From assembly GCA_951406725.2 (NCBI GenBank), contig CATOCA020000001.1, forward strand, positions 3,224,001 through 3,288,000: a stretch of 64,000 nt of DNA, in the 5' to 3' direction. The notes below the pieces were generated by a model, which was not told the DNA's origin, searched no databases, and saw only the letters and a list, made by a program, of their open reading frames with translations. A program made the translations under genes and the position numbers. The DNA is from Octopus vulgaris (taxonomy: Eukaryota). Shown here in pieces: positions 1 through 11,302 of the stretch. Position 1 is the stretch's first letter; the number at the start of each line of letters is the position of its first letter.

Positions 1-232
1 GTGTTCTTGAGCAAGATACTTTATTTCACGTTGCTCCAGTTCACTCAGCTGTAACAAAAGCTAGGTCAAGCTGTATCGGCGCCTTTTCCCTCCCCATGGA
101 TAACACTGGTGGCGTGGAGAGAGGAGGCCTGGGCGACTGCTGACTTCCATAATCAACTTTGTCCGGACTTGTGTCTGGGAGAGTAACTTTCTAGGTTCAA
201 TCTCATGGACAGTCATGACTGAAGGGATCGCT
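1..232 (+). mobile_element. SINE family E 3' portion (related copies ~29335-29650, 39140-39460)
   Basis: Shared gtgttcttg(a/g)gcaaga(t/c)actttat(t/c)tcacgtt(g/a)ctccagttcact...ccaagctgtatcgg. Confidence 0.7.
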
Positions 233-499
233 CTCTTTCCATATGCCAAATCTATTACATGGCATTGTTCTCAAGACTAATCTTCACTAACAATCTGCTT
301 AATTCCAATGTCAGACAAGTTATTCATCAAAGATCTAGTAACAAACAAATGTCACAACCACTTCAAGAAGGATAAACATACACCTAATCTCTTTGTTAAA
401 CATTGTTGCTGATAATATTTAATTTTACATTTTATTCTACACAATAAGGGCAATGAGACAAGCAGGACAAACAGACAGATCATCAAAGAGCATTCTTAC

Positions 500-639
500 C
501 AACTCGACTTCTGCTTGTTACAGGTTTTAAACACCTCAGACATCATTTCAGTGGAACGTTTGAACATTCTTCACATGTCACAAGGTGTCCACAGGGATGA
601 ACTTTTGTTGTGGCTGCTTTATTTCTGCACCACAATCAT
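500..639 (-). pseudogene. Pseudo-exon encoding a C3HC4 RING finger (*LWCRNKAATTKVHPCGHLVTCEECSNVPLK*CLRCLKPV)
   Basis: gcacag| acceptor, g|gtaag donor; PCGHxxxCxxC...CxxC spacing of MIB/IAP-type RINGs; first Cys and one other codon are TGA. Not in the ORF track. Confidence 0.88.
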
Positions 640-1074
640 CTGTGCAAAGAAATACAAACATATCTAATCAATAACATTCATTTATAAGAAATATGACATT
701 GTGTACGTGTTTACAGAAGAGAATATTATGAAAGACTTCAGTGACAATCAAGAGCACATCAGAAATTCTTTAAACCATTACATATTGGCAGATTTGTGTG
801 TAGCTAAATAGTCCATGCACACACACACACACACACGTACATAAAATTTGGGGTGCCAGTGAGGTACCTCTGTCAATAGAACCCATTATGTGAATGTAAT
901 TGAAACAGTGTTCTTTCTTTGACCACCCAACAACTATAATTGTTGTTTTGTGCTACCTTTCATCAAAACACTAGCAACAGTTTTATTTATTGTTAGAATT
1001 TAAACGAAACACACATATAAACATGATTATTATATACAAAATAGTTTATCTTGTCATTGCCAGGAAATACTTAC

Positions 1075-1207
1075 TGTGGCGGTAAAAATGTTTGTAATTT
1101 TGTTTTCAAATTTGGGTTTTTAATGAGGTACAATGGCTGGCGAGATATCTGGTAACCACAAGGCCAGAGAACCTTTCGTCTTTGCTCAAGCTGAGCTCAG
1201 TGCAGCA
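1075..1207 (-). pseudogene. Pseudo-exon, ankyrin-to-RING linker (CCTELSLSKDERFSGLVVTRYLASH / LIKNPNLKTKLQTFLPP)
   Basis: ttgtag| acceptor, ca|gtaagt donor; the two halves read in different frames, suggesting an internal deletion; phase 2 end fits the RING exon. Confidence 0.7.
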
Positions 1208-1323
1208 CTACAAAGAATGAAATATAAAATGATAACAATATTACACAAATATTCATAACAGATACCTCTAATTACAGAACAGATCATATAAATCTAGTCA
1301 TAGTTTGTTTATCCAGTAATTAA

Positions 1324-1531
1324 CCCTTTCGTTACCAACCCAGCTCAGATTCTGTAGTACAAATGTCTTGTTTTCAAAAGTTCTGAATTAAAATCTTCCA
1401 CCAAACCCTTAGTCACAATTTATGTTCCTAACACTAGCTGAATGATAAGTTATTTTACTAAATTCTTTGTTATATTTAAAATAATTGAAAGAAACACAGA
1501 GCATCTCAAAATATATACAGTAACGAAAGGG
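1324..1531. mobile_element. piggyBac-like MITE
   Basis: TTAA|CCCTTTCGTTAC...GTAACGAAAGGG|TTAA. Confidence 0.85.
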
Positions 1532-1984
1532 TTAAACCAATTATAAAATATTTACTACCTCCATCATCTCTAATTCAGATCATTTTCCATTCTCATTCGT
1601 TTTTGACTTTATTTTCGACATTAATTTACGAAGCCCAGTATTGTTGCGTTTGTCAATATGTCTAAATGTAGAAAAATGATGAAATATTATTTTTGACAAT
1701 CTATTAACGGTTTTTAAAAAAATGACTTGCTCGCTTTCTCCTTACATCATATACTACTAACATACGCGGTAATCACATTCTGTTAAAATGGTTTATTGAT
1801 GTGTTTTGTTCCTTTTCTTCCCTGATGAGATGATTGCATTGTTTTACATAATTTTTTATTCTCTCTGGAAGAATCTCAATACTTTTCTCGAAATATATGT
1901 TGGAAGTATAGATGGTTTAAATAGCATGTGTTTGACTCCATGTCTTAATTCATCTTTTTCTTTCTCTGTCTCTATATAAATATG

Positions 1985-2051
<67 letters not shown>

Positions 2052-2738
2052 ATATATTGAGTCTAGTACATTAACACCAACATCAAATGAAAATTGAATG
2101 GAAATTGTAGTTAAGACACCCGTACCGGTGACACGTAAAAGCACCAACCGATCGTGGCCGTTAACCAGTCTCCTCTGGCCCCTGTGCTGGTGGCACGTAA
2201 AAAGCACCCACTACACTCACGGAGTGGTTGGCGTCAAGAAGGGCATCCAGCTGTAGAAACTCTGCCAGATCAGACTGGTGCCTGGTGCTGCCTCCTGGCT
2301 TCGCAGACCCTGGTCGAACTGTCCAACTCATGCTAGCATGGAAAACGGATGTTGAACGATGGTGATGATGATATGTATGTATATATATGTATATATATAT
2401 ATATGATATGAGAAAATATGGAAGAAAGGAAAATGGAATTCATGAGACTCTTCATTCCATATTCTTTTTCTCATATTTCATAAAAATCTACGGACATGAA
2501 GTAAATCCAATGGTATTTAAATCTGTACTGTTGATGACATCAGATAGCCGAATACGGTGAACAGGCTTTAACCAGCATACTAGAAGGTGTATACCTAAAC
2601 TTAAAATCATTACTTTCATGTGTGTGTGTGTGTGTGTGTACCTAACTGTACATACAAAACTTAAATACAGGAAAACTCACTAAGGACCATGCTTCATTGT
2701 ATCCATTCTCTAGTGTCCTAACGTTGAACATTCTTATG

Positions 2739-3253
2739 ACATTATTTACATTTGATGGATGTCCTTATCTTGTTTATTGTTAACACGACGTTTCAGCTGA
2801 TATACCCTCCAGCCTTTATCAATTGTCTTGGGGGAAATTTCGAACCTGGGTTCTCATTCCTAAGTATTTTTCGATGCTATTATTATTATTATTCAGGTCA
2901 CACCCTGGAATCGAACTCAGAATCTTGGGATTAGTAGCCCCCGCTCTTAACCACTATGCCATATGCCCACATGCATATGGTGTAGTGGTTAAATTATTTA
3001 CAATTGACGGATATTTGTCCTCATCTTGTTGTTTCGGCTGATATACCCTCCGGCCTTCATCGGGTGTCTTGGGGAAATTTCGAACCTGGGTTCTCATTCC
3101 TAAGGTATTTTCGATATTATTATTATTATTCAGGTCACTGCCTGGAATTGAACTTGGAATCTTGGGGGCTAGTAGCCTGCGCTCTTAACCACTATGCCAT
3201 ATGCGTGTCAAATGTAAATAATGTACGTAATTCCTCATCTCTTAAATATAGAA
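2739..3253 (-). mobile_element. Tandem dimer of a tRNA-headed, hammerhead-bearing element with inverted partial ends
   Basis: Monomers 2739-2968 and 2993-3204. Each has A box TGGCATAGTGG, B box GTTC(G/A)ATTCC, an (AAT)n linker and a degenerate hammerhead (2782-2827, ~3030-3067). Inverted pieces at 2973-2992 and 3207-3253. Confidence 0.7.
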
Positions 3254-3696
3254 TTGTTATATGTCTACAAGAAGTCAGTGGATACATGTCATGTACAAGA
3301 AGTAGGATAGAGAGCAGTTTCACTCAGAATTCTTCATAGAATGGACTGGATGTATTTACCATGGCACCAGCACTGTAAAACTCAGACATCTCTTCTATCC
3401 TGCATCATTGTTAATTGAGAATAATATCTCCTCTATTAAAAAGGCCACTTCTCCGTCACATTGTGATGGCTGTGTTTATATGGCCAACAACCGAGATGGG
3501 TCACCTCTCGACCGTGGTGAGACGACATCTTTGAGAGTGAAAGGAGATGGAATATTGTTTGTTACATAATATCACTCGGGTCATAAGGGGAGACTGGATC
3601 ACGGAATGGTAATGGAGGATGGGGTTGATAGGGGAGAATTGATACATGACAAGCAAAGCTTGTCTGTCTTTCTCTCTCTCTCTCACAAACACACAC

Positions 3697-3757
<61 letters not shown>

Positions 3758-5017
3758 CAAACAATTGTAAAATTTATCTCATCTAAAATATCCATCTCTT
3801 TTCATAGCATCTCTTTTCATAGCAAGGTGCAAACAGTTATTGCCTTCACCATCAACAGCATTTCGCGAGGTGGCCCCTGGAAACGGCTTCAAGCAACAGT
3901 GTCATTTTCTGATTGTTCTTCAATTCTGATTTCACTGAACCCTTTGTGGAGGTAAAAATAGAAAATGAAAATTTACATGAAAATCTAGGTGAATATCAAT
4001 GTGTCGTTATTATCTTCTACTGGGTACTTGATCAAACTGATCAGATACATTTGCTGTCTGTCAATAAAGTTAACCTTCATGATGTCTTCTATAATTTGCT
4101 CTGTGTATGTGTTAGATACACGATAAAGGCTTCATAAACAAATTGCTTCAGCCTAACCTATCTTTATCCCTTACTATGGTAAGGCAGCTTCAGGGGTAGC
4201 TTCTGTAAATATGCTAAGCACTGATGCTGGTCATAATTCAATCAATAAACACAGGAGCAAGTAAAAATAGGAGAAGGGGGTAAGTGGGGCCCCATTTAAG
4301 AGGCCCTTCAGAATTTAAATTGAACCTCCTATGGTGGTGAGCTGGCAGAAATGTTAGCACGTTGGGCAAAATGCTTAGTGGTATTTTCTCTGCCGCTACG
4401 TTCTGAGTTCAAATTCCGCCGAGGTCAACTTTGTTTTCATCCTTTCGGCATCGATAAATTAAGTACCAGTTATGAACTGGGGTCGATGTAATCGACTTAA
4501 TCCGTTTGTCTGTCCTTGTTTGTCCTCTTCGTGTTTAGCCCCTTGTGGGTAGTAAAGAAATAAGAAACGTTAGCACGCCGGGCGAAAAGCTTAGCGGTAT
4601 TTAGTCTGTCTTTATGTTCTGAGTTCAAATTCCGCCAAGGTCGACTTAGACTTTCATCCTCTTGGGATCGATAAATGAAGTACCAGTTGCACACTGAGGT
4701 TAATCTACACGACAGTCCCCAAAATTTCGGGCCTTGTGCCCAGAGTAGAAAAGAAATCGAACCTCCTTACGATACTCCCTGGGCATTCATGGTATGAAAT
4801 TTATCGTCATTGCTCCAATGCCATGTATTTATTTTAAAATGCAGTAAAAATAGTGGGGCCCCAATTAGGTGGTCCTTCAAAACATAAATTCTCTCAGTAT
4901 TGGCGAGTTACTGGTTTAAGTTTCGTTTTCTCTAATGACCTAATAACTATTAATTATCTCTATCATTGTGATGTTTGTATTTTTCACGTTTTTCTTCCCT
5001 CTTTCCATAACTTCCAG

Positions 5018-5054
5018 CCAAAATTATGATGTGGTGGCTTTGATGATGGCCGAG
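5018..5054 (+). pseudogene. Pseudo-exon 5 copy C, inverted (QNYDVVALMMAE)
   Basis: Near-identical to the reverse complement of copies A and B, including flanks. Confidence 0.72.
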
Positions 5055-5481
5055 GTTAGTTAACAAATGCATATTATATATACTCTCTAGTCTTTGATTG
5101 ATCTGTTAAATATTGATATCATTAAGGTACCAGTGAAATAATGGGGGTAGGTTTAATCACCTGTATACTCTTTTACTTGTTTCAGTCATTTGACTGTGGC
5201 CATGCTGGAGCACCACCTTTAGTCGAACAAATCGACCCCAGGATTTATTCTTTGTAAGCCTAGTACTTATTCTATCGGTCTCTTTTCCTGAATCACTAAG
5301 TCGATTTGTTCGACTAGAAGTGGTGCTCCAGCATGGCCACAGTCAAATGACTGAAACAAGTAAAAGAGTATACAGGTGATTAAACCTACCCCCATTATTT
5401 CACTGGTACCTTAATGATATCAATATTTAACAGATCAATGAAAGACTAGAGAGTGTATATAATATGCATTTGTTAACTAAC

Positions 5482-5518
5482 CTCGGCCAGCATCAAAGCC
5501 ACCACATCATAATGTTGG
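5482..5518 (-). pseudogene. Pseudo-exon 5 copy B
   Basis: Same 37-nt exon with a gttagt donor. Confidence 0.72.
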
Positions 5519-6211
5519 CTGGAAGTTATGGAAGGAGGAAAGAAAAACGTGAAAGGATCTAGGAGGAGTTAACGAACACAAAAACATAACGAGCAAAGAA
5601 CCATCACTCAAATTTATAATAGGATAGGGTATGAAATTTGTTATATTTTGGTTAATTTCATAATGACCTTCTTTCATCTGACCATTAAAAATACTATTGT
5701 CAGTGGTGGTGGTCAGCTGGGCTGTCACCGCCACAAATGCCATCACCTTCATGATCAATATACAGACACAGGAGTGGCTGTGTGGTAAGTAGCTTGCTTC
5801 CCAACCACATGGTTCCGGGTTCATTCCCACCGCGTGGCACCTTGCGCAAGTGTCTTCTACAATAGCCTCAGGCTGACCAAAGCCGTGTGAGTGGATTTGG
5901 AAGACGGAAACTGAAAGAAGCCCGTTGTATATATGTGTGTGTGTGCGTGCGTGTGTGTTTGTCCTCCCCACCTCCCAACATCGCTTGACAACCGATGCTG
6001 GTGTGTTTACATCCCCATAACTTAGTGGTTCGGCAGCAAAAGAGACCGATAGAATAAGTACTAGGCTTAAAAAGAATTAGTCTTGGGGTCGATTTGCTCG
6101 ACTAAAGGATTAAACCTATCCTCATTATTTCACTGGTACCTTAATGATATTAATATTTAACAGATCAATCAAAGACTAGAGAGTGTATATAATATGCATT
6201 TGTTAACTAGC

Positions 6212-6248
6212 CTCGGCCAGCATCAAAGCCACCACATCATAATGTTGG
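6212..6248 (-). pseudogene. Pseudo-exon 5 copy A (QHYDVVALMLAE), GC donor
   Basis: 37 nt, ttccag| acceptor, gctagt donor; flanks match 63440-63690. Confidence 0.75.
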
Positions 6249-6362
6249 CTGGAAGTTATGGAAAGAGGGAAGAAAAACGTGAAAAATACAAACATCACAA
6301 TGATAGAGATAATTAATAGTTATTAGGTCATTAGAGAAAACAAATGTAATTAAGACAACATA

Positions 6363-6765
6363 GGCGCAGGAGTGACTGTGTGGTAAGTAGCTTGCTAACT
6401 AATCACATGGTTCCGGGTTCAGTCCCACTGCGTGGCATCTTGGGCAAGTGTCTTCTGCTATAGCCCCAGGCCGACCAATGCTTTGTGAGTGGATTTGGTA
6501 GATGGAAACTGAAAGAAGCCTGTCGTATATATGTATATATATATGTGTGTGTGTGTGTGTGTTTGTGTGTCTGTGTTTGTCCCCCCACCATTGCTTGACA
6601 ACCGATGCTGGTGTCTTTACGTCCCTGTAACTTAGCGGTTCGGCAAAAAGAGACCGATAGAATAAGTACTGGGCTTACAAAGAATAAGTCCCGGGGTCGA
6701 GTTGCTCGATTAAAGGCGGTGCTCCAGCATGGCCGCAGTCAAAATGACTGAAACAAGTAAAGAGA
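6363..6765 (+). mobile_element. tRNA-derived SINE family A, full-length example. Others near 5768, 11108, 12150(-), 19190(-), 19890(-), 21326, 22710(-), 42400(-), 54753, 55197
   Basis: Head ggcgcaggagtg(g/a)ctgtgtggtaag...ggttcagtccc with A/B boxes, central (TA)/(TG) microsatellite, tail gactgaaacaagtaaaagag. Confidence 0.9.
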
Positions 6766-7419
6766 AAGAAAAAGAAGAAAAAAAGATATATTTATTCACT
6801 ACACACTCTACACAGTACAAAAATGATATATACACACCTGAGTAAACACAGAAATGTATATATGGTACAATGAACAACAGTTATATAAACATGAAATTTA
6901 GGAGAGAAAGAAGGGCTATAGATAGTTGTATGGACCCCATTACATGACTGGTATTGCATTTTATCAACCTTGCAAAGATGGAAGGACAAGTCGATCTTGG
7001 CAGGATTTGAACTCAGAACATAAAGAGTCATAAATAAATACCACAAGGTATTTTGTCCAACAGTAATAAGACACAAGAAACAGAGTGGAGAGGGAGAACA
7101 GTTTATTGCATAAACCCCTGGATATTACTGGTACAGATTATAATGACCCCAGAGTGGTAATAGATACTCTGGCAAGATTTGAACATGGAACATAAAGAAA
7201 CAAATGTAAATACTGAAAGGGGGTGATTCTGTATTTAGCCCAGGGTCAGAGGAAAAAGGGAAATTACAAGAGCGAGAGAGAGAGAAGGCGGAAGTTTTAC
7301 ATGCGATGAACAGAAGAAAAGGGAGGGTTTGAACCTGTAACGTTGAGGTAACGGAGAATGAGATGACCAGTCAGGCAAGAACAACGACAAAAATTATGGT
7401 GATGATTAATTAAAGTAGA

Positions 7420-7817
7420 ATCAAAATCAAATTCGATGACTGGCATCCGTGCTAGCGGGTGCAAAGAGCACCATACGAGTGTGATCGTTGACAGAGCAGC
7501 TAACTGGCTTCCGTGCCAGTGGCACATAAAAGGCACCATTCGAGTGTGATTGTTACTAGCGTCGCCTTACTGGCACCTGTACCGGTGGCATGTGGAAAAA
7601 GATTCGAGTGAGGTCGTTCCTGACTGGCCCCCGTGCCAGTGGAACGTAAAAGCACCCACTACACTCTCGGAGTGGTTGGCGTTAGGAAGGGCATCCAGCT
7701 GTAGAAACTCTGCCAGATCAAGATTGTTGCCTGGTGCAGTGATCTGGTTCGCCAGTCCTCAGTCAAATTGTCCAACCCATGCTAGCATGGAAAGCGGACG
7801 TTAATCGATGATGATGA
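7420..7817 (+). mobile_element. RTE-tail-like repeat family C ending in (GAT)n. Others at 2085-2372, 9228-9430(-), 17686-18580(-), 20490-20783(-), 23720-24205
   Basis: Conserved gtggttggcgttaggaagggcatccagctgtagaaa...gctagcatggaaagcggacgttaa-(gat)n 3' end. Confidence 0.8.
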
Positions 7818-7974
7818 AGAAGATTACAGTGACATTACAGTGTGAAAGAGGGAAGAACGACAACAACCCCATGGTGGGATTATGGCATGAATGACTCATT
7901 GAAAATATGCGACAAACATTATTGAAAGTGCAAAAGAAACAGATTTGGATATTCCAGAATCGAAAGGGACTTAC

Positions 7975-8117
7975 ATTCAAACAGCCAAATGTAAGGGTGT
8001 GTCACCATATTTGTCCCCGATATTGGCATTAATGCCAATGTGAATTAACAACAGGCCAACTGTGTCTGTGTAACCAGAACTACAGGTGTAGTGTAAGGAG
8101 TTATCTCGTTGGTTCAC
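7975..8117 (-). pseudogene. Pseudo-exon 4, ankyrin (VNQRDNSLHYTCSSGYTDTVGLLLIHIGINANIGDKYGDTPLHLAV*)
   Basis: Aligns to 56039-56193; acceptor is CGG not CAG, 12 nt shorter, TGA where the paralogue has Arg; donor gtaagt kept. Confidence 0.9.
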
Positions 8118-8223
8118 CCGAAGAAAAGAAGAAAAAAAATAGTAAAAATGGTGTTGGAAGGGGAGGAGAAAAATTAAAAGCAAAAAAAAACACAGAAAAA
8201 GATAAGAAAAAGAATCTAATTCA

Positions 8224-8944
8224 TTAACCCTTTCGTTACCAACATGGCTGAAACCGCCTCTGGCTCTGTAGTACAAATGTCTTGTTTTCATACATTTTGA
8301 ATAAAATCTTCCACCAAACCTTAGTCACAATTTATGTTCCTAACACTAGCTTAATGATAACTAAGTTATTTTACTAAATTCTTTGTTATATTTAAAATTA
8401 ATTGAAAGAAACACAGAACATCTCAACAGAAATATGGTAACAAAACGCTTAAAGTGACCATGATATTTTTAACACTTTCGTTACCAACATGGCTGAAACC
8501 GCCTCTGGCTCTGTAGTACAAATGTCTTGTTTTCATACATTCTGAATTAAAATTTTCTGCTAAGCCTTAGTCACAATTTATGTCCCTAATACTAGCTTAA
8601 TGATAACTAAGTTATTTTACTAAATTCTTTGTTATATTTAAAATTAATTGAAAGAAACACAGAACATCTCAACAGAAATATGGTAACAAAACGCTTAAAG
8701 TGACCATGATATTTTTAACCCTTTCGTTACCAACATGGCTGAAACCGCCTCTGGCTCTGTAGTACAAATGTCTTGTTTTCATACGTTCTGAATTAAAATT
8801 TTCTGCTAAGCCTTAGTCACAATTTATGTTCCTAATACTAGCTTAATGATAACTAAGTTATTTTACTAAATTGTTTGTTATATTTAAAATTAATTGAAAG
8901 AAACACAGAACATCTCAACAGAAATATGGTAAGGAAAGGGTTAA
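8224..8944. mobile_element. Tandem trimer of the same piggyBac-like MITE (~245-bp unit)
   Basis: Near-identical units start at ~8224, 8469 and 8715; outer ends TTAA-CCC...GGG-TTAA. Confidence 0.85.
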
Positions 8945-9035
8945 AGGGGTGGAATGATTGGGGCAGGGAGTAATGAAATGGAATTTATACTGTATTTACA
9001 CATACGTGTATACACATACACATACATATATACAT

Positions 9036-9097
<62 letters not shown>

Positions 9098-9469
9098 GTG
9101 TGTGTGGAGGCGCAATGGCCCAGTGGTTAGGCCAGCAGACTTGCAGTCGTCGGATCGCTGTTTTGATTCCCAGTCTTGAAATGGGTAACTACTTACCTCA
9201 TCCACACACACACGCACACACACACACATCATCAACATCATCGTTTAACGTCCGTTTTCCATGCTAGCATGGGTTGAACGGTTCAACTGGTGTCTGGGAA
9301 GCCAGGAAGCTGCACCTGGCTCCAATCTTGATCTGGCAGAGTTTCTACTGCTGGATGCCCTTCCTAACGCCAACCACTCCATGAGTGTAGTGAGTGCATT
9401 TTACGTGCCACGGGCACAGGTGCCAGGGGTGTGAATATTTGAATCACTGATTCACTTTTGTTACTGATC

Positions 9470-10030
9470 CAACCTTTACTGCCTGGCTTCAGCCAAACTC
9501 AGGTACACATTCTTCCTGTTTCATATACACATAAATTCTTATAAAATTTTCCCACAGCCCCTACACATTGGTAGTACTGACCTCTTTGAGAAGCCCAGCT
9601 CTATATTCCTGCAGACAATATCCCATCTACTGACTACCATCGTTTCCTTCTAACTTCCAATATTTCAATTTTGAAGTAAAAAGCTACCAAGAACCATCAT
9701 CTTTGTCCTTTTGGGTATCTTTCTCTATTCAATGAACACCAGTACAGTTTTATAAAGCCAGATCAAGTTGGGGCTTGATTCCTATGTGACACACCAGTAT
9801 TTTCGTATGTTTGATAAATTCTGCAAAAGAATTGCTGTGGCCCTTGGCATCAATAAAAGCTTCAACTGTTTGTGGCAAAAGGACTTCTTGACAAAGTCAC
9901 CATCCATCTACTAACTCCATCTTTCCCTCATCTCTTGAGTTGAATATTTCCTGCCAGAATACCCCATTGCAGTGTGTGAGGATGGGTTTCTCTCTCACTC
10001 ACATTCTCTTAATTCTAGCATGCTTCAAGT
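9470..10030 (+). mobile_element. Old CR1/Jockey-like LINE RT remnant in intron 1 of the pseudogene
   Basis: IAVALGINKSFNCLWQKDFL resembles the RT motif LDISKAFDxVWH; paralogous copy at ~45925-46440. Confidence 0.6.
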
Positions 10031-10048
10031 TTTGGTTAAATCTCTCTC

Positions 10049-10433
10049 TCTATAAAGCTGAAGTTGTCTGTGTGTGGCAGGTTTGGTAGCCTTCAACTAA
10101 CACTATCTCCTCCGAGACCCTGAGGAGCAAGTTGACCAAAATTGAGAATATGATAGAAGAAGCCTTGCTCTTCATTCCGTAGAAGATAAAATTCAAATCA
10201 GACCATGTTAACACCAAAAATTATTTGCATCAAAAAGCTGCATTTTTTCTATGAAAATCCCTATTTTTAACGATTTTTTGACTGATGTGTCGCCATTGTT
10301 CGGTGTATTTCAACCAGAAAAATGTTCACTTAAAGAGAATAAAAAGCCACATAACGCAAAATTTTTACTTTTCAAAAAATTCCAATTCTAAAGGGTCAAA
10401 ACAAACCTGAGCAACGCCGGGCTATACTGCTAG
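10049..10433 (+). mobile_element. Non-autonomous Helitron-like element
   Basis: 5' TC start, GC-rich subterminal motif (cctgagcaacgccggg), 3' CTAG followed by T; absent from the paralogous intron near 45860-45940. Confidence 0.6.
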
Positions 10434-10595
10434 TATATATAAAAAGTGACAATGATGAGGATTAGAGGAAAGAGTTGAAGAAAGAAATGAAACCTTATGG
10501 ACAAATGTATGTGATTACTTAGGAACATTTCATATTGTGTATAAAATAAGAAACAAGCAATCAAATTTGAGAAGGAAATAAACAGAACAACTTAC

Positions 10596-10674
10596 TTCAT
10601 CTGGATGCTCAGTTATGAAGATTTTGACTGCTTCAATGTCACCATTTTTTTCATGATCTCATTGATGTCCATGT
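10596..10674 (-). pseudogene. Pseudo-exon 1 (MDINEIMKK/NGDIEAVKIFITEHPDE)
   Basis: aaag|ac ATG at 10672, donor gaa|gtaagt; 77 coding nt versus 78 in the paralogue; an A7 run needs A8 to restore the frame. Confidence 0.82.
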
Positions 10675-11262
10675 CTTTTAAATGAAAGATGTCAAAAGAG
10701 AAAATAAAACAATTTTTGAAAAAAACTCCTAAAATGAGGTAAACAACAATATACAGAAGTTGATGGTTCTAAAATCTTGCATAAGATAACAAAAATATTG
10801 TAAACTTCAGTTTATCTAAACTATTATTCAAAGCTGAATGTTCTTCTTGACACTAATAAACCAAGGCACAGGAGTTATTTCTTTACTACCCACAAGGGGC
10901 TAAACATAGAGGGGACAAACAAGGACAGACAAACGGATTAAGTCGGTTATATCGACCCCAGGGCGTAACTGGTACTTAATTTATCGACCCCGAAAGGATG
11001 AAAGGCAAAGTCGACCTCGGCGGAATTTGAACTCAGAACGTAATGCCAGATGAAATACGGCTACGCATTTCGCCCGGCGTGCTAACGTTTCTACCAGCTC
11101 GCCGCCTGTGTGGCTGTGTGGTAACGGGCTTGCTTACTAATCACACGGTTTCGGGTTCAGTCCCACTGCATGGCACATTGGGCAAGTGTCTTCTACTATA
11201 GCCTCGGGCCGACCAAAGCTTTGTGAGTGGATATGGTAGACGGAAACTGAAAGAAGCCCGTC

Positions 11263-11302
<40 letters not shown>

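Larger units (their letters stand above)
500..10674 (-). pseudogene. Unprocessed pseudogene of an ankyrin + RING (Mind bomb-like E3 ligase) gene
   Basis: Exons and introns are collinear with the + strand gene. Lesions: 1-nt frameshift in exon 1, no visible homologues of exons 2-3, dead acceptor plus 12-nt deletion plus TGA in exon 4, a frameshift in the 1075-1207 exon, two TGA stops in the RING exon. Confidence 0.88.

Noticed and set aside
2681-2740. Candidate - strand exon ending ctta|gtgagt
   Set aside because: Good donor but no ankyrin-like translation or clear acceptor
2890-2968. Possible tRNA gene (also SINE heads at 9106 and 19000-19080)
   Set aside because: A and B boxes present but no convincing acceptor stem or cloverleaf; part of dispersed repeats
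3380-4200. Possible extra exons or a LINE ORF remnant
   Set aside because: No recognisable domain or consistent splice pair by eye; needs tBLASTx
10644-10652. Exon 1 frameshift as a mere homopolymer sequencing error, which would make the - gene functional
   Set aside because: Possible for this one lesion, but independent TGA stops, a dead acceptor and deletions still disable the gene
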